Below, in pieces: positions 9,198-19,037 of a stretch of DNA of 64,000 nucleotides; the first letter of the stretch is position 1, and the number at the start of each line of letters is the position of its first letter. Made by a program: the position numbers and the translations under genes. Source of the stretch: an uncultured Spartobacteria bacterium. GTDB taxonomy: Bacteria > Verrucomicrobiota > Verrucomicrobiia > Chthoniobacterales > UBA6821. The stretch covers positions 4,414 to 68,413 of the forward strand of contig CAIKFI010000030.1 of the NCBI GenBank assembly GCA_903826635.1. The letters run 5' to 3'. The notes beneath the pieces are model-generated. The model did not search any database. It saw nothing but the letters and a program-made list of their open reading frames with translations, and had not been told where the DNA came from.

Positions 9198-9221
9198 AAA
9201 TCTTGTTTAGGGACTCCTAAT

Positions 9222-10289
9222 TTAGGAATTCACCGACTTCCCAAGCTCCCTCCTCACCTCAGGGGCAACCTGTTCACCCAGAATTCGGATCGCCTCCAAG
9301 GCGGCCTTGTGAGGGAGTGTGCCGGGGCTCATCTGGATCGTGATCCGGTCGATCCCGCCGAGCACATCATTGTAGTGGAGGATCTTTTCCACTCCCTCCT
9401 CAGCGTTGCCGATAATGAGGGCCCCCTCCGGCCCGCAGAGTGCATCGAAGTGGGAGCGACGGATCGCGGGCCATCCCCGCTCCTTGCCGATCTGACCGAA
9501 CATCCGCTCATATCCTGGGAAGTAATCATCGCGAGCCTCGTTGGTCGTCGTCGCGAAAGACCCAAGGGCATGGATGCCTACCTGGAGACGATCGGGCGAA
9601 AACCCTGAGCGGGAACCGGTCTCGCGATAGAGATCAACAAGCGGCCTGAAGCGATCCGGTTGACCCCCGATGATGGCGATCATGAGGGGCAGGCCGAGGG
9701 AACCCGCCCTGATGACGGATTCCGGCGAACCTCCCACCCCGACCCAAATGGGGAGGGGGTTCTGGAGGGGGCGGGGATGAATCTCCTGATCCCGAAGCGG
9801 GGGCCTGTGCTTTCCCGACCAGGTGACTCGTCCGTGATCTCGAATAGCCAGCAAGAGTCGGAGTTTCTCATCAAAGAGCGAATCGTAATCCCTCAGGTCG
9901 AGGCCGAAGAGGGGGTAGGCTTCGGTGAAGGAACCTCGTCCTGCCACGATCTCCGCCCGGCCACCGGAGATGAGATCCAGGGTGGCGAACTCCTGAAAGA
10001 CACGCACGGGATCGGCCGCACTGAGAACCGTGACCGCACTGGCAAGGCGGATACGCTCCGTGCGGGCAGCCGCGGCCGCAAGCAGGACAACGGGTGCGGA
10101 ATCAAGGAATTCCTGCCGGTGATGCTCCCCGATGCCAAAGACATCAAGTCCCACACGGTCGGCCGTCTCCACCTCCTCCAATAAATTGCGGAGCCGCAGC
10201 GCCGGATCCACCAGAGCCCCGCTGACCGGATCAGCCAGCGTGGCGACAAAACTATCGAGTCCGATTTGCATGATAGTTATTCCATCCAA
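9222..10289 (-). CDS. LLM-class (luciferase-like) flavin-dependent oxidoreductase
   Basis: FGIGEHHRQEF..., ..LDLISGGRAEIVAGRGSF.. is a typical LLM pattern. The real start may be MQIGLDSF at 10271. Confidence 0.8.
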   Translation of the reverse strand: MDGITIMQIGLDSFVATLADPVSGALVDPALRLRNLLEEVETADRVGLDVFGIGEHHRQEFLDSAPVVLLAAAAARTERIRLASAVTVLSAADPVRVFQEFATLDLISGGRAEIVAGRGSFTEAYPLFGLDLRDYDSLFDEKLRLLLAIRDHGRVTWSGKHRPPLRDQEIHPRPLQNPLPIWVGVGGSPESVIRAGSLGLPLMIAIIGGQPDRFRPLVDLYRETGSRSGFSPDRLQVGIHALGSFATTTNEARDDYFPGYERMFGQIGKERGWPAIRRSHFDALCGPEGALIIGNAEEGVEKILHYNDVLGGIDRITIQMSPGTLPHKAALEAIRILGEQVAPEVRRELGKSVNS

Positions 10290-10292
10290 GGT

Positions 10293-11738
10293 TCATCGGG
10301 CCTTCTCATCCGAAATCGTGCCGGGATTGTTCATCTGAGCAGGCCCATAATAGGTGTCCCAGAGCTTGTTACGGAATTTATTTTCCGGGTCGAGACGCTT
10401 CTTAAGGGCAAAAAATTCGCCGAACCTCGGATAAGCTTCACGAAACTGATCGTCGGTCGCGTGAACCTGATAGGGGAGATAATACGAGCCGTCGACGGAG
10501 AGGGCGGCTGAAATCAGTTTCCTTGTCCAATTCCCCACAGCCTCCCTGTCCTCCCGGGTTGTTCCCTGCTCATAGTAGAGAACAAAGGCAAACATCTCCC
10601 TCTTTGCCCATGCAAGGAGTGATCCCGGATCCGGCAGGGCATGTCGGATCGAAATATTGATCACGTTCACGTTGGCCTCCTTCAGGACTTGGATCATTTT
10701 CGGGTAAAAGTCGTCGAATCGCTCGACCGGCACAAAATACTCCTGAAGGACCTGGGTGCTCCGCGCCCGTGAAGGAGGCTCGAGTTCCGAGGCATCATAG
10801 CTGGCCTCGTGGTTTCTCCAAGCAACGGGTCGGTCGATGTAGAGGAGGGGTTCCGCCAGATACTCCCGGAGTTGCTTGCCAAAAGGGAACTGCGAAACGA
10901 TTCCGATCATTTTCTGATGGAACGTGTAGTCCTCATGCCTGCCGATCAACCGCTCTTTGATCGTCACGGGCTTATCTGTTTCGCTCCATGTCACGGCGCG
11001 CACCGTCTGGAAATCGGGTGGATAGATGTCGCCGTTATGAAAAACCGCCGTCGGGGACAGGCGGATTTCTTTCAGGAAGTAATCCTTGTAGCGGCTGATC
11101 GGCATCACCTTGTCGGAGCGCTCGACCTTTGTGTTGTCGACAAGCCGGAGAGTGGCCTCCGTGATCACTCCCAGGGCGCCGTAGCCGCCGATCACACCGT
11201 AAAAAAGATCGCGGTTTTGTTCGGGTGAGGCCTCCACAACCCGTCCGTCCGGAAGAACAACCTGGATTCGGAGCACGGAGAGGATGATTGGACCAGCACC
11301 GACATACCTCCCATGACAGTTCACACTGAGCGAGCCTCCCACCGTGAAGTTCGAGTAGGTCTGCATGATCTTCACGGAGAGATTGTAAGGATCAATGACA
11401 TCCTGAATCTCACGCCATGTGATTCCCGACTGCACCGTGATGGTTTTGTTGCCCGGATCCAATGCAACGACCCGGTTGAAATGCCTCATGTCCAGATGGA
11501 GGCTGTGTTCTTCCGAGATTTGCCCACCCTGACTATGACGGGCTCCGCCGATGGAAATCGGCCCGTGCGTGGTTTTCACAGCATCGACAATTTCTCCCAG
11601 AGATGTCGGGGTTAAAATCCTGTCGACGGTAACGGGGTTGAGTTGCGTGACATCATTCACCGTTTCATGAGCCGAAACATGGAGTGAAGGAAGCAGCAGA
11701 GCCAATCCTCCAATAAGCGCCTTGGTTTTGTTCTGCAT
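10293..11738 (-). CDS. Secreted FAD-binding (PCMH/FAD_binding_4) oxidase
   Basis: Start is trimmed to MQNKTKALIGGLALLLPSLHVSA (signal peptide), which avoids overlap with hldD. GGARHSQGG and FTVGGSLSVNCHG motifs are present. Confidence 0.7.
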   Translation of the reverse strand: MQNKTKALIGGLALLLPSLHVSAHETVNDVTQLNPVTVDRILTPTSLGEIVDAVKTTHGPISIGGARHSQGGQISEEHSLHLDMRHFNRVVALDPGNKTITVQSGITWREIQDVIDPYNLSVKIMQTYSNFTVGGSLSVNCHGRYVGAGPIILSVLRIQVVLPDGRVVEASPEQNRDLFYGVIGGYGALGVITEATLRLVDNTKVERSDKVMPISRYKDYFLKEIRLSPTAVFHNGDIYPPDFQTVRAVTWSETDKPVTIKERLIGRHEDYTFHQKMIGIVSQFPFGKQLREYLAEPLLYIDRPVAWRNHEASYDASELEPPSRARSTQVLQEYFVPVERFDDFYPKMIQVLKEANVNVINISIRHALPDPGSLLAWAKREMFAFVLYYEQGTTREDREAVGNWTRKLISAALSVDGSYYLPYQVHATDDQFREAYPRFGEFFALKKRLDPENKFRNKLWDTYYGPAQMNNPGTISDEKAR

Positions 11739-11775
11739 GGCACCACCGTTCGGGGAGTTAATACCCCTCGGCCAA

Positions 11776-12774
11776 TTATGCGGAAGCCTCGTCCCCCAGA
11801 TGCCTGCCGGGTACCAGATAGTTGCGGACATAGTCGCTGACGGAATCTTCCAATGTGCTTGTCGGCGCGGTCCAACCGGTATTCCTCAAACGAGTGACGT
11901 CGGCGGAGGTGTGATACTGGTATTGGTTGCGGATGTGCTCCGGCATCTCGATGAATTCGATCTCCGGCTTCCGGTCCAACGCGGTGAAGAGCGCGGTCGC
12001 AAGATCGACCCATGTGCGGGGCGTTCCGGTCCCGATATTGAAAAGGCCGTGCGCGGAGGGGGTGTCGGCGAGATGAAGCGTCATGGCGACGGCATCCTTC
12101 ACGTAGACGAAATCCCGGACCTGCTCGCCATCCTTGTAGTCGGGGCGGTGACTGCGGAAGAGCCTAACCTTGCCCGTCTCCAGGATTTGCTCGTAGGCCT
12201 TCGCCACAAGGCTGCGCATCTCACCCTTGTGTCCCTCATTCGGGCCAAAAACATTGAAATACTTGATTCCGGCCATTTTTCCGAGCCACCCGTTGCGCTT
12301 GGCATGGAGATCGAAGAGATGTTTGGAGTAGCCGTAGGCATTGAGGGGGCGGAGTGTCTCGAGATGCTCCATGCCATCATCCATTCCTTGAAGACCATCC
12401 CCGTAGGTCGCCGCGGAGCTTGCATAGATGAAACGAATGCCTCTCTTAAGGGCCCAATGCGCAAGATGCTTGGTGTATCCGAAATTGTTTTCCATGAGGT
12501 ATCCGGCATCCGTCTCCGTGGTCGCAGAGCAGGCCCCGAGATGGAAAATGGTGCGGATCGAGCCAAGGCTGTCCGGGTTCTCTTCGAGTCGGTCTAGGAA
12601 GGAATCGGCCTGGACGTAGTCGTGGAAGCGAAGCGGGGAAAGATTCTTCCACTTGGCATCCCTGCCAAGGACATCCGTGACAAGGATGTCATCCTGACCA
12701 CGCAGATTCAGGGCATGAATGACGGCACTGCCGATGAGTCCTGCGCCGCCGGTGACAAGGATGGATGCGGACAT
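11776..12774 (-). CDS. hldD: ADP-L-glycero-D-manno-heptose 6-epimerase
   Basis: ILVTGGAGLIGSAVIHALNLRG..DILVTD Rossmann N-terminus. The Y..K SDR catalytic region and overall colinearity match HldD/RfaD. Confidence 0.85.
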   Translation of the reverse strand: MSASILVTGGAGLIGSAVIHALNLRGQDDILVTDVLGRDAKWKNLSPLRFHDYVQADSFLDRLEENPDSLGSIRTIFHLGACSATTETDAGYLMENNFGYTKHLAHWALKRGIRFIYASSAATYGDGLQGMDDGMEHLETLRPLNAYGYSKHLFDLHAKRNGWLGKMAGIKYFNVFGPNEGHKGEMRSLVAKAYEQILETGKVRLFRSHRPDYKDGEQVRDFVYVKDAVAMTLHLADTPSAHGLFNIGTGTPRTWVDLATALFTALDRKPEIEFIEMPEHIRNQYQYHTSADVTRLRNTGWTAPTSTLEDSVSDYVRNYLVPGRHLGDEASA

Positions 12775-12807
12775 GGTGGTAGGCGCAGTTGTAGAATGTT
12801 GGTTCCG

Positions 12808-13506
12808 TTATTTTTTCGCATCTTTCAGGTCACTCTCGTCGAGCTCTTCCTGAAAGATCGTTGTTTTATCTCCAAAGACACTTTTGGCCACATCGAGATA
12901 TTTAGCCGCCTCCTTCTTTTCTCCCTTTTTGTATGCCCGTGCGGCCGAGGCATAATACCAGGCAGGGGTGTTTGAAGGCACGTCGAACGCAAAAAGCTTC
13001 TCCTGCAGATTGGGATCGGCGTTCTGATGCAGGAGGAGCAGGAGAAGTTTATACTGCACCAGTTCGTTGTTGGGCTGATCGATGAGAAGATTCCTGTAGT
13101 AGGTGATCGCCGGATCCCACTGCTGCTGAAGAGCCATAAGCGATCCGAGATTATACTGCGCTGGAAAAAACCCGGGGGAAATCTTCAGCGCCGCCTCGTA
13201 GCAAGTCCGTGCACCAAGATAGTCCTTGAGCTTGGTAAGGATGGCGCCGTGCAAGTTGAGTACCTGGGGGTCGTTGGGGTATTGTTGCAGTGCCGGGGTG
13301 AGGGTGGTGAGGGCTTTCTGATACTGCTTGTCCTCCAAGGAGGCCGCCGATGACTTCATGACGACATTGACATCAAGCGGTGGTGGCGCTGCGTTCAATG
13401 CCCACACCGGAGGAAAAACCGTACAGAACAGAAACACGACCATCGACGCGGCGCCAAAGAATCCGGGCCGGAATTTTCGAAAAGTCTTGGGAGAATACGC
13501 CGTCAT
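12808..13506 (-). CDS. TPR-repeat protein (secreted or membrane-anchored)
   Basis: Several TPR-like units (YQKALTTL..., ARTCYEAALKISPGFFPAQYNLG..., AITYYRNLL...). The start is trimmed to MTAYSPK.. ahead of a hydrophobic segment. Confidence 0.6.
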   Translation of the reverse strand: MTAYSPKTFRKFRPGFFGAASMVVFLFCTVFPPVWALNAAPPPLDVNVVMKSSAASLEDKQYQKALTTLTPALQQYPNDPQVLNLHGAILTKLKDYLGARTCYEAALKISPGFFPAQYNLGSLMALQQQWDPAITYYRNLLIDQPNNELVQYKLLLLLLHQNADPNLQEKLFAFDVPSNTPAWYYASAARAYKKGEKKEAAKYLDVAKSVFGDKTTIFQEELDESDLKDAKK

Positions 13507-13594
13507 TGTCAACGATTCCCAAAGCATGAAGAGTCCCCTCGTGACATGGCAACAAGATCTTGGCAATATCTGCACAGGCATTCCTTCTCTGTTG

Positions 13595-14434
13595 ATGTCG
13601 ATGGTTCTCTGCATCGTCATCACCTGGTGTCCCTTGAGGGCTGTTGCCCAAGGTTCGGAGGATAAGAGGATTCAGACGTTTGCCTTGGCCCTACCGGAAT
13701 TGGAAGGGCCGATCACCGTCGGCATCTTTTCTCCCAGAGGTGAGTTGATTCGGGTGCTCTGTCGGGATGTAGCCGTGGAGAGTATTCCGGCCGGATTGAA
13801 CGGCCTGATCATGACTTGGGATGGCAGGGATGCAGGTGGCCAGCCGGTTTTACCGGGAACCTACACGGTCAGGGGGCTGGTTCATGGGCCGCTCTCTTTT
13901 TCGGATCTTCCGTCGGTGGATACACTGGGCAAAGACTTCTCATCGCACCTCAAGACCGAGGAATGGCAGGAGAACTTGCCGGTCGGATTCGAAGTGGATG
14001 ATCAAGACTTCTTCCACCAACGGCCGCTCGAACATCCTGACAGACTGATGATCCTTGCTGCAAAGGATCAACTTCAGGAGGTCCGCCCTTGGCTCCGTTT
14101 CGGAGCGGTCATCGGCAATCCATTCATCACGATTACGGCGGAGGGACTGCCCCTTGCACAATTTACCCCATCCGTCTGCCCCGGAGGGGGCAAAAACAAT
14201 TTTCCCAGAGCACGCTCCATCACGCTTCACTACGGCTCCACTCTTGGAACAGCACGGATCTGCCTTCACGATCCGCAGGGCTCGGAGTCCTATTTTGTCT
14301 CAGGAATCAACAAGGTTGTTCCCTTGGAAGCCGGGACCCTCGAAATCCCTGCCGCTGTAGCAGGTGCTCGGGAGGCGCAGGATGCTGCCGATGCTTTTCA
14401 ATCCCCACCGGTTGGGAAAGAATCCCAACGCTGA
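13595..14434 (+). CDS. Hypothetical secreted protein with a FlgD-Ig/FlgD_ig-like segment
   Basis: TWDGRDAGGQPVLPGTYTVRGLV is the typical FlgD-Ig-like beta-sandwich motif. The start is uncertain (ATG 13595 or 13601). The upstream part of the track ORF is antisense to the TPR gene. Confidence 0.45.
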   Translation: MSMVLCIVITWCPLRAVAQGSEDKRIQTFALALPELEGPITVGIFSPRGELIRVLCRDVAVESIPAGLNGLIMTWDGRDAGGQPVLPGTYTVRGLVHGPLSFSDLPSVDTLGKDFSSHLKTEEWQENLPVGFEVDDQDFFHQRPLEHPDRLMILAAKDQLQEVRPWLRFGAVIGNPFITITAEGLPLAQFTPSVCPGGGKNNFPRARSITLHYGSTLGTARICLHDPQGSESYFVSGINKVVPLEAGTLEIPAAVAGAREAQDAADAFQSPPVGKESQR

Positions 14435-14436
14435 CC

Positions 14437-15090
14437 ATGGCTAGCCAACTCCAAGATTTTTCCGGTTCAGAGCGCTTACACGATGGTGACGCTCACGGGT
14501 TACCGTTCCCACGGAGTCTAATTCAAGCCAACCGGAGCTGGCTGGTTGCCCTTTTGCTTTGGTTCACGGGCGTGTCGGGCACCTGCTTTGCCGAGCAGCC
14601 CCTCAAGGAGATCAAGGTGCCGTATGCCCTGAGTTGGGGGGATTCGGCCGATAAGGTCAGGGAGATGATCCATGCCATCAAGGGGAAGGAGATGGGCTGC
14701 TCGGAGAGGGCTCCCGGAAGGTCCCAATTGGAGGCCACAGGGCTTGCCGTCGGTGACACCCTGCTCCAGAAGTCGGTTTTTGTTTTTCGCGACGGCATGC
14801 TCATCGAGGTGGAGCTCCAATATGCCGATCCATCATGGGATGAGGAAAAAACCCTCGATTTTTTTGACCGGACCCGTCGTCGTGTCGATGAGCGTTATGG
14901 TCCCGGAATCCTGCTGGTAAACAAAGTCCGGGAGCACCCCTCTGATCCCTCCACCCCCAAGGAGATGACGTATACCCTGATCGCTTATCAATGGGGTCAG
15001 GCCACGATCGCGCTGGAGTTGACCTTCTATAGTGTCTCCGAGAACGAGCGATCCTTCAGGTTGGTGTCACTTCACTACAAGTTGCCCTGA
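14437..15090 (+). CDS. Hypothetical exported protein
   Basis: 217 aa from ATG 14437, 2 nt after the previous stop. It has a hydrophobic signal/anchor (WLVALLLWFTGVSGTCFA). No recognisable domain. Confidence 0.45.
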   Translation: MASQLQDFSGSERLHDGDAHGLPFPRSLIQANRSWLVALLLWFTGVSGTCFAEQPLKEIKVPYALSWGDSADKVREMIHAIKGKEMGCSERAPGRSQLEATGLAVGDTLLQKSVFVFRDGMLIEVELQYADPSWDEEKTLDFFDRTRRRVDERYGPGILLVNKVREHPSDPSTPKEMTYTLIAYQWGQATIALELTFYSVSENERSFRLVSLHYKLP

Positions 15091-15146
15091 TAGGCTGACG
15101 GATCTCAGACCTAACGATCTTGCAAGATTGAGTGTTGAAAAACTCC

Positions 15147-17162
15147 TCAGGCAATCTCGACCGGGCACTCAGGCAGGGCTTTGAGAAACGACTTGCCGTA
15201 GGGCCGTGTAAGAATCCTGCTGTCCAAGATCACGATGGTCCCCTTGTCGGAGCCGCTTCGGATGAGTCTTCCAACCCCTTGCCGTAGTTTGAGAATCGCC
15301 TCCGGCAGGGAATACGACTGGAAAGGGTCTCCCCCCGAGGACTCGATCTCCTCGAGTTTGGCCTCGGTGAGGGGGTGGTCGGGTGTCACGAAGGGCAGGC
15401 GGGTGATGATGACGCTGGAGAGCGCTTCTCCCGGCAGATCGACTCCGGTCCAGAAGCTATCCGTGCCGAACAGGACGCTCTCCCCTCCCTCACGGAAGGC
15501 CTCCAGCATCCTTGATCTGGAAAGGCCGGCCCCTTGCACGATCAGATTCCATCCCTTTTTCTCGAAGAATCCCTGCATTTTTGCCGCAACCGCCTGCATG
15601 GTGCGGTGACTGGTGAAGAGCACGAATGCGCGCGCCCGGCTCTCGCCGGTGAAGTGTCCGATCCACTTCACCAAGGCATCCTCGTAAGCAGCATCCTTGG
15701 GTTCGGGCATCTTCCTCACGAGATGAAGCTTCATCTGCCTGCTGTAATCGAATGGGGAGCCCAGCTGCAGTGAGGGCACATCGAGAGCACCCACCCGGCC
15801 CCGGAAATAATCCAGCTCGGAGGATCCCACGGAGAGAGTCGCGCTGGTCATCACCGCGGTGCTTCCTTCCCTGAAGAGGAGTCGTCCCAGAAGCGGGGCG
15901 ACGGCGACAGGGGCCGCGTGGAGACTGTGCCAGGTGGAAGTGCGGCCGCTTCGCTCGACCCAATAGACATGATCCGGAGCACTCTGGGAGAGGAAATCGG
16001 CAAGCCCGGAGCGCGAAACCTTGAGCCGTGAGGCAACCTCGTTGAGTTCCCCCTGCAATCCTTCGTCCTGAGCCTTGGCTGCTGCGGATCCAGCCGTATC
16101 GGCAAGGCTGGAGAGTCCCTCGGCAAGCGTGCTTTCGGCGACAGCCCCGATGAGTTCCGCCGACCGATCACCCCGGACGCGGCATTCCCGTCCCTGTTTG
16201 AAATTGCAGGCGCCGGAGAGGGATTCAAAGAAACGGTCGACTTCGGGAATCAGATCGGCCACGGCGCTGGTTCCCTCGGCATGCCGTACCTGTTGCAGCA
16301 ACCCTTTGCGCGTGCGCGGATTGTAGAGCCTCTGAAGCGACTGCTTCAGGCCATACTGCGAGAGCGAAAATCCCAGATGCCGTGACGCCACCTGCTCCAC
16401 CGTGTGGGCCTCGTCAAAGATCACGAAGTCCTCCGGAAAAAGATATCCCGCTCCACCTTCCTCCGGTTCGCCAAGCAGCGTGAAGAAGAGCGTGTGGTTG
16501 AGGACAAGGACCTGTGCGGCTTGGGCGCGGCGGCGAGCGGCCTGATAAAAACAGCCCGAATCCCGCCCGCACGACTTGGGGGTGCAGAGGTGCTGTTCAC
16601 TGCAAACCTGGGACCACAACTGCTGGGGGGGCTCGAACGGAAGGTCGCTCAGGGATCCGTCGGAGGTTGTGGCAGCCCACTCCCGGATGCGTTCCAAATC
16701 TGGCTTCTCCTCGTTGGTGAAGAGATCCGCCCCGTGCCTCACGGCCCGCGCCAACCTGACGGGACAGACATAGTTTTGACGCCCCTTGAGCAGGACCGCC
16801 TCGAAATCCTCCCCGAGCAACCCCTTGACCAAGGGGATGTCCTTGTAGAGCAGTTGCTCCTGCAGATTGATCGTGTGGGTGCTGATAAGCGCCTTACGCC
16901 CTGTTCTTCGCGCATGAAGCACCGACGGCATCAGGTAGGCAAGCGACTTGCCAACCCCCGTTCCTGCCTCCACGACCAGATGGGAACGTCCCTCAAGCGT
17001 CGAGGCGACAGCCTCAGCCATCAGTTGCTGTTCCGGCCTCCACTCAAAGCCCCGGATCGCGGCGAGCCGGCCCTTGGGACCGAAAAGGTCCCCCATCTCC
17101 CTGGAAAACGCCCCTTGAGCTGGGGAAGCGGGAGTGTGCCACTCCTCGTTGAGGGAAATCAT
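15147..17162 (-). CDS. dinG: ATP-dependent DNA helicase, DinG/XPD (Rad3) family
   Basis: 671 aa. Walker A EAGTGVGKS, DEAH-box variant (VIFDEAHT), and C-terminal helicase motifs (VLFGTDSFWTGVDLPG, QGVGRLIR). Confidence 0.85.
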   Translation of the reverse strand: MISLNEEWHTPASPAQGAFSREMGDLFGPKGRLAAIRGFEWRPEQQLMAEAVASTLEGRSHLVVEAGTGVGKSLAYLMPSVLHARRTGRKALISTHTINLQEQLLYKDIPLVKGLLGEDFEAVLLKGRQNYVCPVRLARAVRHGADLFTNEEKPDLERIREWAATTSDGSLSDLPFEPPQQLWSQVCSEQHLCTPKSCGRDSGCFYQAARRRAQAAQVLVLNHTLFFTLLGEPEEGGAGYLFPEDFVIFDEAHTVEQVASRHLGFSLSQYGLKQSLQRLYNPRTRKGLLQQVRHAEGTSAVADLIPEVDRFFESLSGACNFKQGRECRVRGDRSAELIGAVAESTLAEGLSSLADTAGSAAAKAQDEGLQGELNEVASRLKVSRSGLADFLSQSAPDHVYWVERSGRTSTWHSLHAAPVAVAPLLGRLLFREGSTAVMTSATLSVGSSELDYFRGRVGALDVPSLQLGSPFDYSRQMKLHLVRKMPEPKDAAYEDALVKWIGHFTGESRARAFVLFTSHRTMQAVAAKMQGFFEKKGWNLIVQGAGLSRSRMLEAFREGGESVLFGTDSFWTGVDLPGEALSSVIITRLPFVTPDHPLTEAKLEEIESSGGDPFQSYSLPEAILKLRQGVGRLIRSGSDKGTIVILDSRILTRPYGKSFLKALPECPVEIA

Positions 17163-17263
17163 GGTTGTCGGGATGCGTTGATTGCGGTTGCAGAGTGGAG
17201 AGCTGAGGGGTCAGAATCTCGTTCTTTCCGGTCTCCTGCAACGGGTTTCTGCCGGAATCATCC

Positions 17264-18391
17264 ATGACGCTGCTCGACAGGTATCTTCTTCAAAAATTTC
17301 TGCTCCCCTTTTTCTATTGCGTCGCCGGATTCATCTCCGTGTGGCTCGTCTGGGATTTGAGCGTCAACCTGCCCGACTTCCTTTCGGGTCATGCAGGATT
17401 CGTGGTGATCTCACGATTTTACATGCTGCAGATTCCGAGCGTGCTGATGCTGAGCATCCCAGTGGGGCTGCTGCTAGCACTGCTCTACACGCTCACGCAG
17501 ATGTCCCGGCGGAATGAAATCATCTCGATGCTTTGCTCCGGGCGGAGCCTCTTCAGGATTTTTATCCCCATCTTTGCCTTCGGCCTCCTGATGACCGGCC
17601 TGCTCTTTCTGCTGAATTATCAGCTCGCTCCCCAGGCTGGATCGGTCCGGGATCAAATCAAGGAAGAGATCAAACACGGCGCCAACTTCCACCAAGGCAT
17701 CAGCAACCTGCTTTTCCGGAATCGTGAGGATCGGAGGCTCTGGTTCATTTCAGCCCTCTTCCAACAATCCAATCAGGCGATCCGCGTTGAGATCATCCAG
17801 CAGAACGAATCCGGTGTCGTGACGGAGAAATGGTATTCCCCGCACGCCTTTTATCTCCCCGATACAAGGACCTGGGTTCTCGAGCAGGCCCGCCATGTCA
17901 CCGTGGACGAATCGGGCAACCTGGCGACAACGGAGGATGCTCCAAAACTTGAGATCAGATCCTGGAAGGAGACCCCTTGGAAAATCGCCAGCTCCCTCAT
18001 GAACTCCGAGTTCCTGGGATTGCCTCAGTTGGGCGATTACCTGACCTTCAATGCCGAATTCCCGAAAGCGCGCCTAGCCCCTTATGTCACCCACTGGCAT
18101 TACCGCCTGGCATTGCCCTGGATCTGCATGGTGGTGATCCTCCTGGCGGGATCCATGGGCGTGGTGACCGGGCGGCGCGGAATCATGGGGGGGATCGCCG
18201 TGGCAATCGCTCTTTTTGCAGGGCTGATTTTCTCCAGCAGCCTCTTCCTTGCTCTTGGCAAGGGAGACCGTATCCCCTCCATCGTGGCCGCATGGGGGCC
18301 GATCGCGATTTTTCTTCTCATAGGCATTTACCTCTTCTGGGTCAAAGCCACCGGCCGGGACTATCCCAAGTTCAGGTTGCCCGGTTTTTGA
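17264..18391 (+). CDS. LPS export permease, LptF/LptG (YjgP/YjgQ) family
   Basis: 375 aa. The N-terminus LLDRYLLQKFLLPFFYCVAGF is the family signature. Six TM helices with a periplasmic beta-jellyroll between TM3 and TM4. Confidence 0.8.
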   Translation: MTLLDRYLLQKFLLPFFYCVAGFISVWLVWDLSVNLPDFLSGHAGFVVISRFYMLQIPSVLMLSIPVGLLLALLYTLTQMSRRNEIISMLCSGRSLFRIFIPIFAFGLLMTGLLFLLNYQLAPQAGSVRDQIKEEIKHGANFHQGISNLLFRNREDRRLWFISALFQQSNQAIRVEIIQQNESGVVTEKWYSPHAFYLPDTRTWVLEQARHVTVDESGNLATTEDAPKLEIRSWKETPWKIASSLMNSEFLGLPQLGDYLTFNAEFPKARLAPYVTHWHYRLALPWICMVVILLAGSMGVVTGRRGIMGGIAVAIALFAGLIFSSSLFLALGKGDRIPSIVAAWGPIAIFLLIGIYLFWVKATGRDYPKFRLPGF

Positions 18392-18411
18392 CCCAAGGTT
18401 ACTTTCAGGCC

Positions 18412-18993
18412 ATGCAACAGGAATGGAACATTAAATCGCGATCGGAAGCCTGTGTTGCAACAGGACGTCCTTTCCGTGAAGGAGAGCTTTTTCACACCGC
18501 CCTGTTCACCACCAAGGAGGGATTCCAACGCGTGGATCTCAGCGAGGAGGCCTGGGTGGCCCGGGCAGAGGATCCCGCCGCGGCAGCCCCTTTCTCCTCC
18601 TGGCGTTCCAAATTCGAACCCCCGGCACCTCCAGCCAAGGAAGCCCTGCAACGTGACGATGCCGAGGGCATGCTGCGCCGACTCCTTGAGGAGAACAACC
18701 CGGATCACACCAATGCCCGGTATCTTCTGGCCGTCATGCTCGAGCGCAAGCGGGTCCTCCGCCCCCAACCCTCGCCCGATAAGGGAACACTGATTTACGA
18801 ACGCGCCGGAACGGGAGAAACCTTCATTGTTTCCGATCCGGATCTCTCCCTCTCCGATCTGGAAAAAGTTCAGGTCGAGGTCTCCGCACTCCTGTCAGGA
18901 CTCTCCGAGCCGCACGTGCCGGCCGCGCCCGCCTCCGAACCGGATCAGGTTGCTTCGGCAGAAGACTCCCTGAAATCATCGGAAGCCCTCTAG
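18412..18993 (+). CDS. Hypothetical protein
   Basis: 193 aa from ATG 18412. The track ORF 17977-18993 is an artefactual upstream extension that overlaps lptF/G. No motif recognised. Confidence 0.5.
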   Translation: MQQEWNIKSRSEACVATGRPFREGELFHTALFTTKEGFQRVDLSEEAWVARAEDPAAAAPFSSWRSKFEPPAPPAKEALQRDDAEGMLRRLLEENNPDHTNARYLLAVMLERKRVLRPQPSPDKGTLIYERAGTGETFIVSDPDLSLSDLEKVQVEVSALLSGLSEPHVPAAPASEPDQVASAEDSLKSSEAL

Positions 18994-19037
18994 CCAAAAC
19001 CAGCGTCAACCAGTAAAATCAACCTCCGACGATTCCC

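Noticed and set aside
9198-9221. Small palindromes between convergent genes as terminators (TCCTAATTTAGGA at 9198-9221; ATCTTGCAAGAT near 15115; ACCCCG...CGGGGT at 34630-34652)
   Set aside because: The stems are only 4-6 bp and lack U-tracts, which is too weak to annotate.
17977-18993. Long 5' extensions of track ORFs
   Set aside because: The extensions run through upstream genes in other frames or lack any family-like sequence. Internal starts restore canonical N-termini and tidy gene junctions. Starts were trimmed accordingly.

Affected ORFs:
- 17977-18993
- 14089-15090
- 13328-14434
- 46541-47218
- 41914-42801
- 36346-36984
- 39084-39917
- 51524-52159
- 50100-51599
- 26459-26839
- 32480-33250
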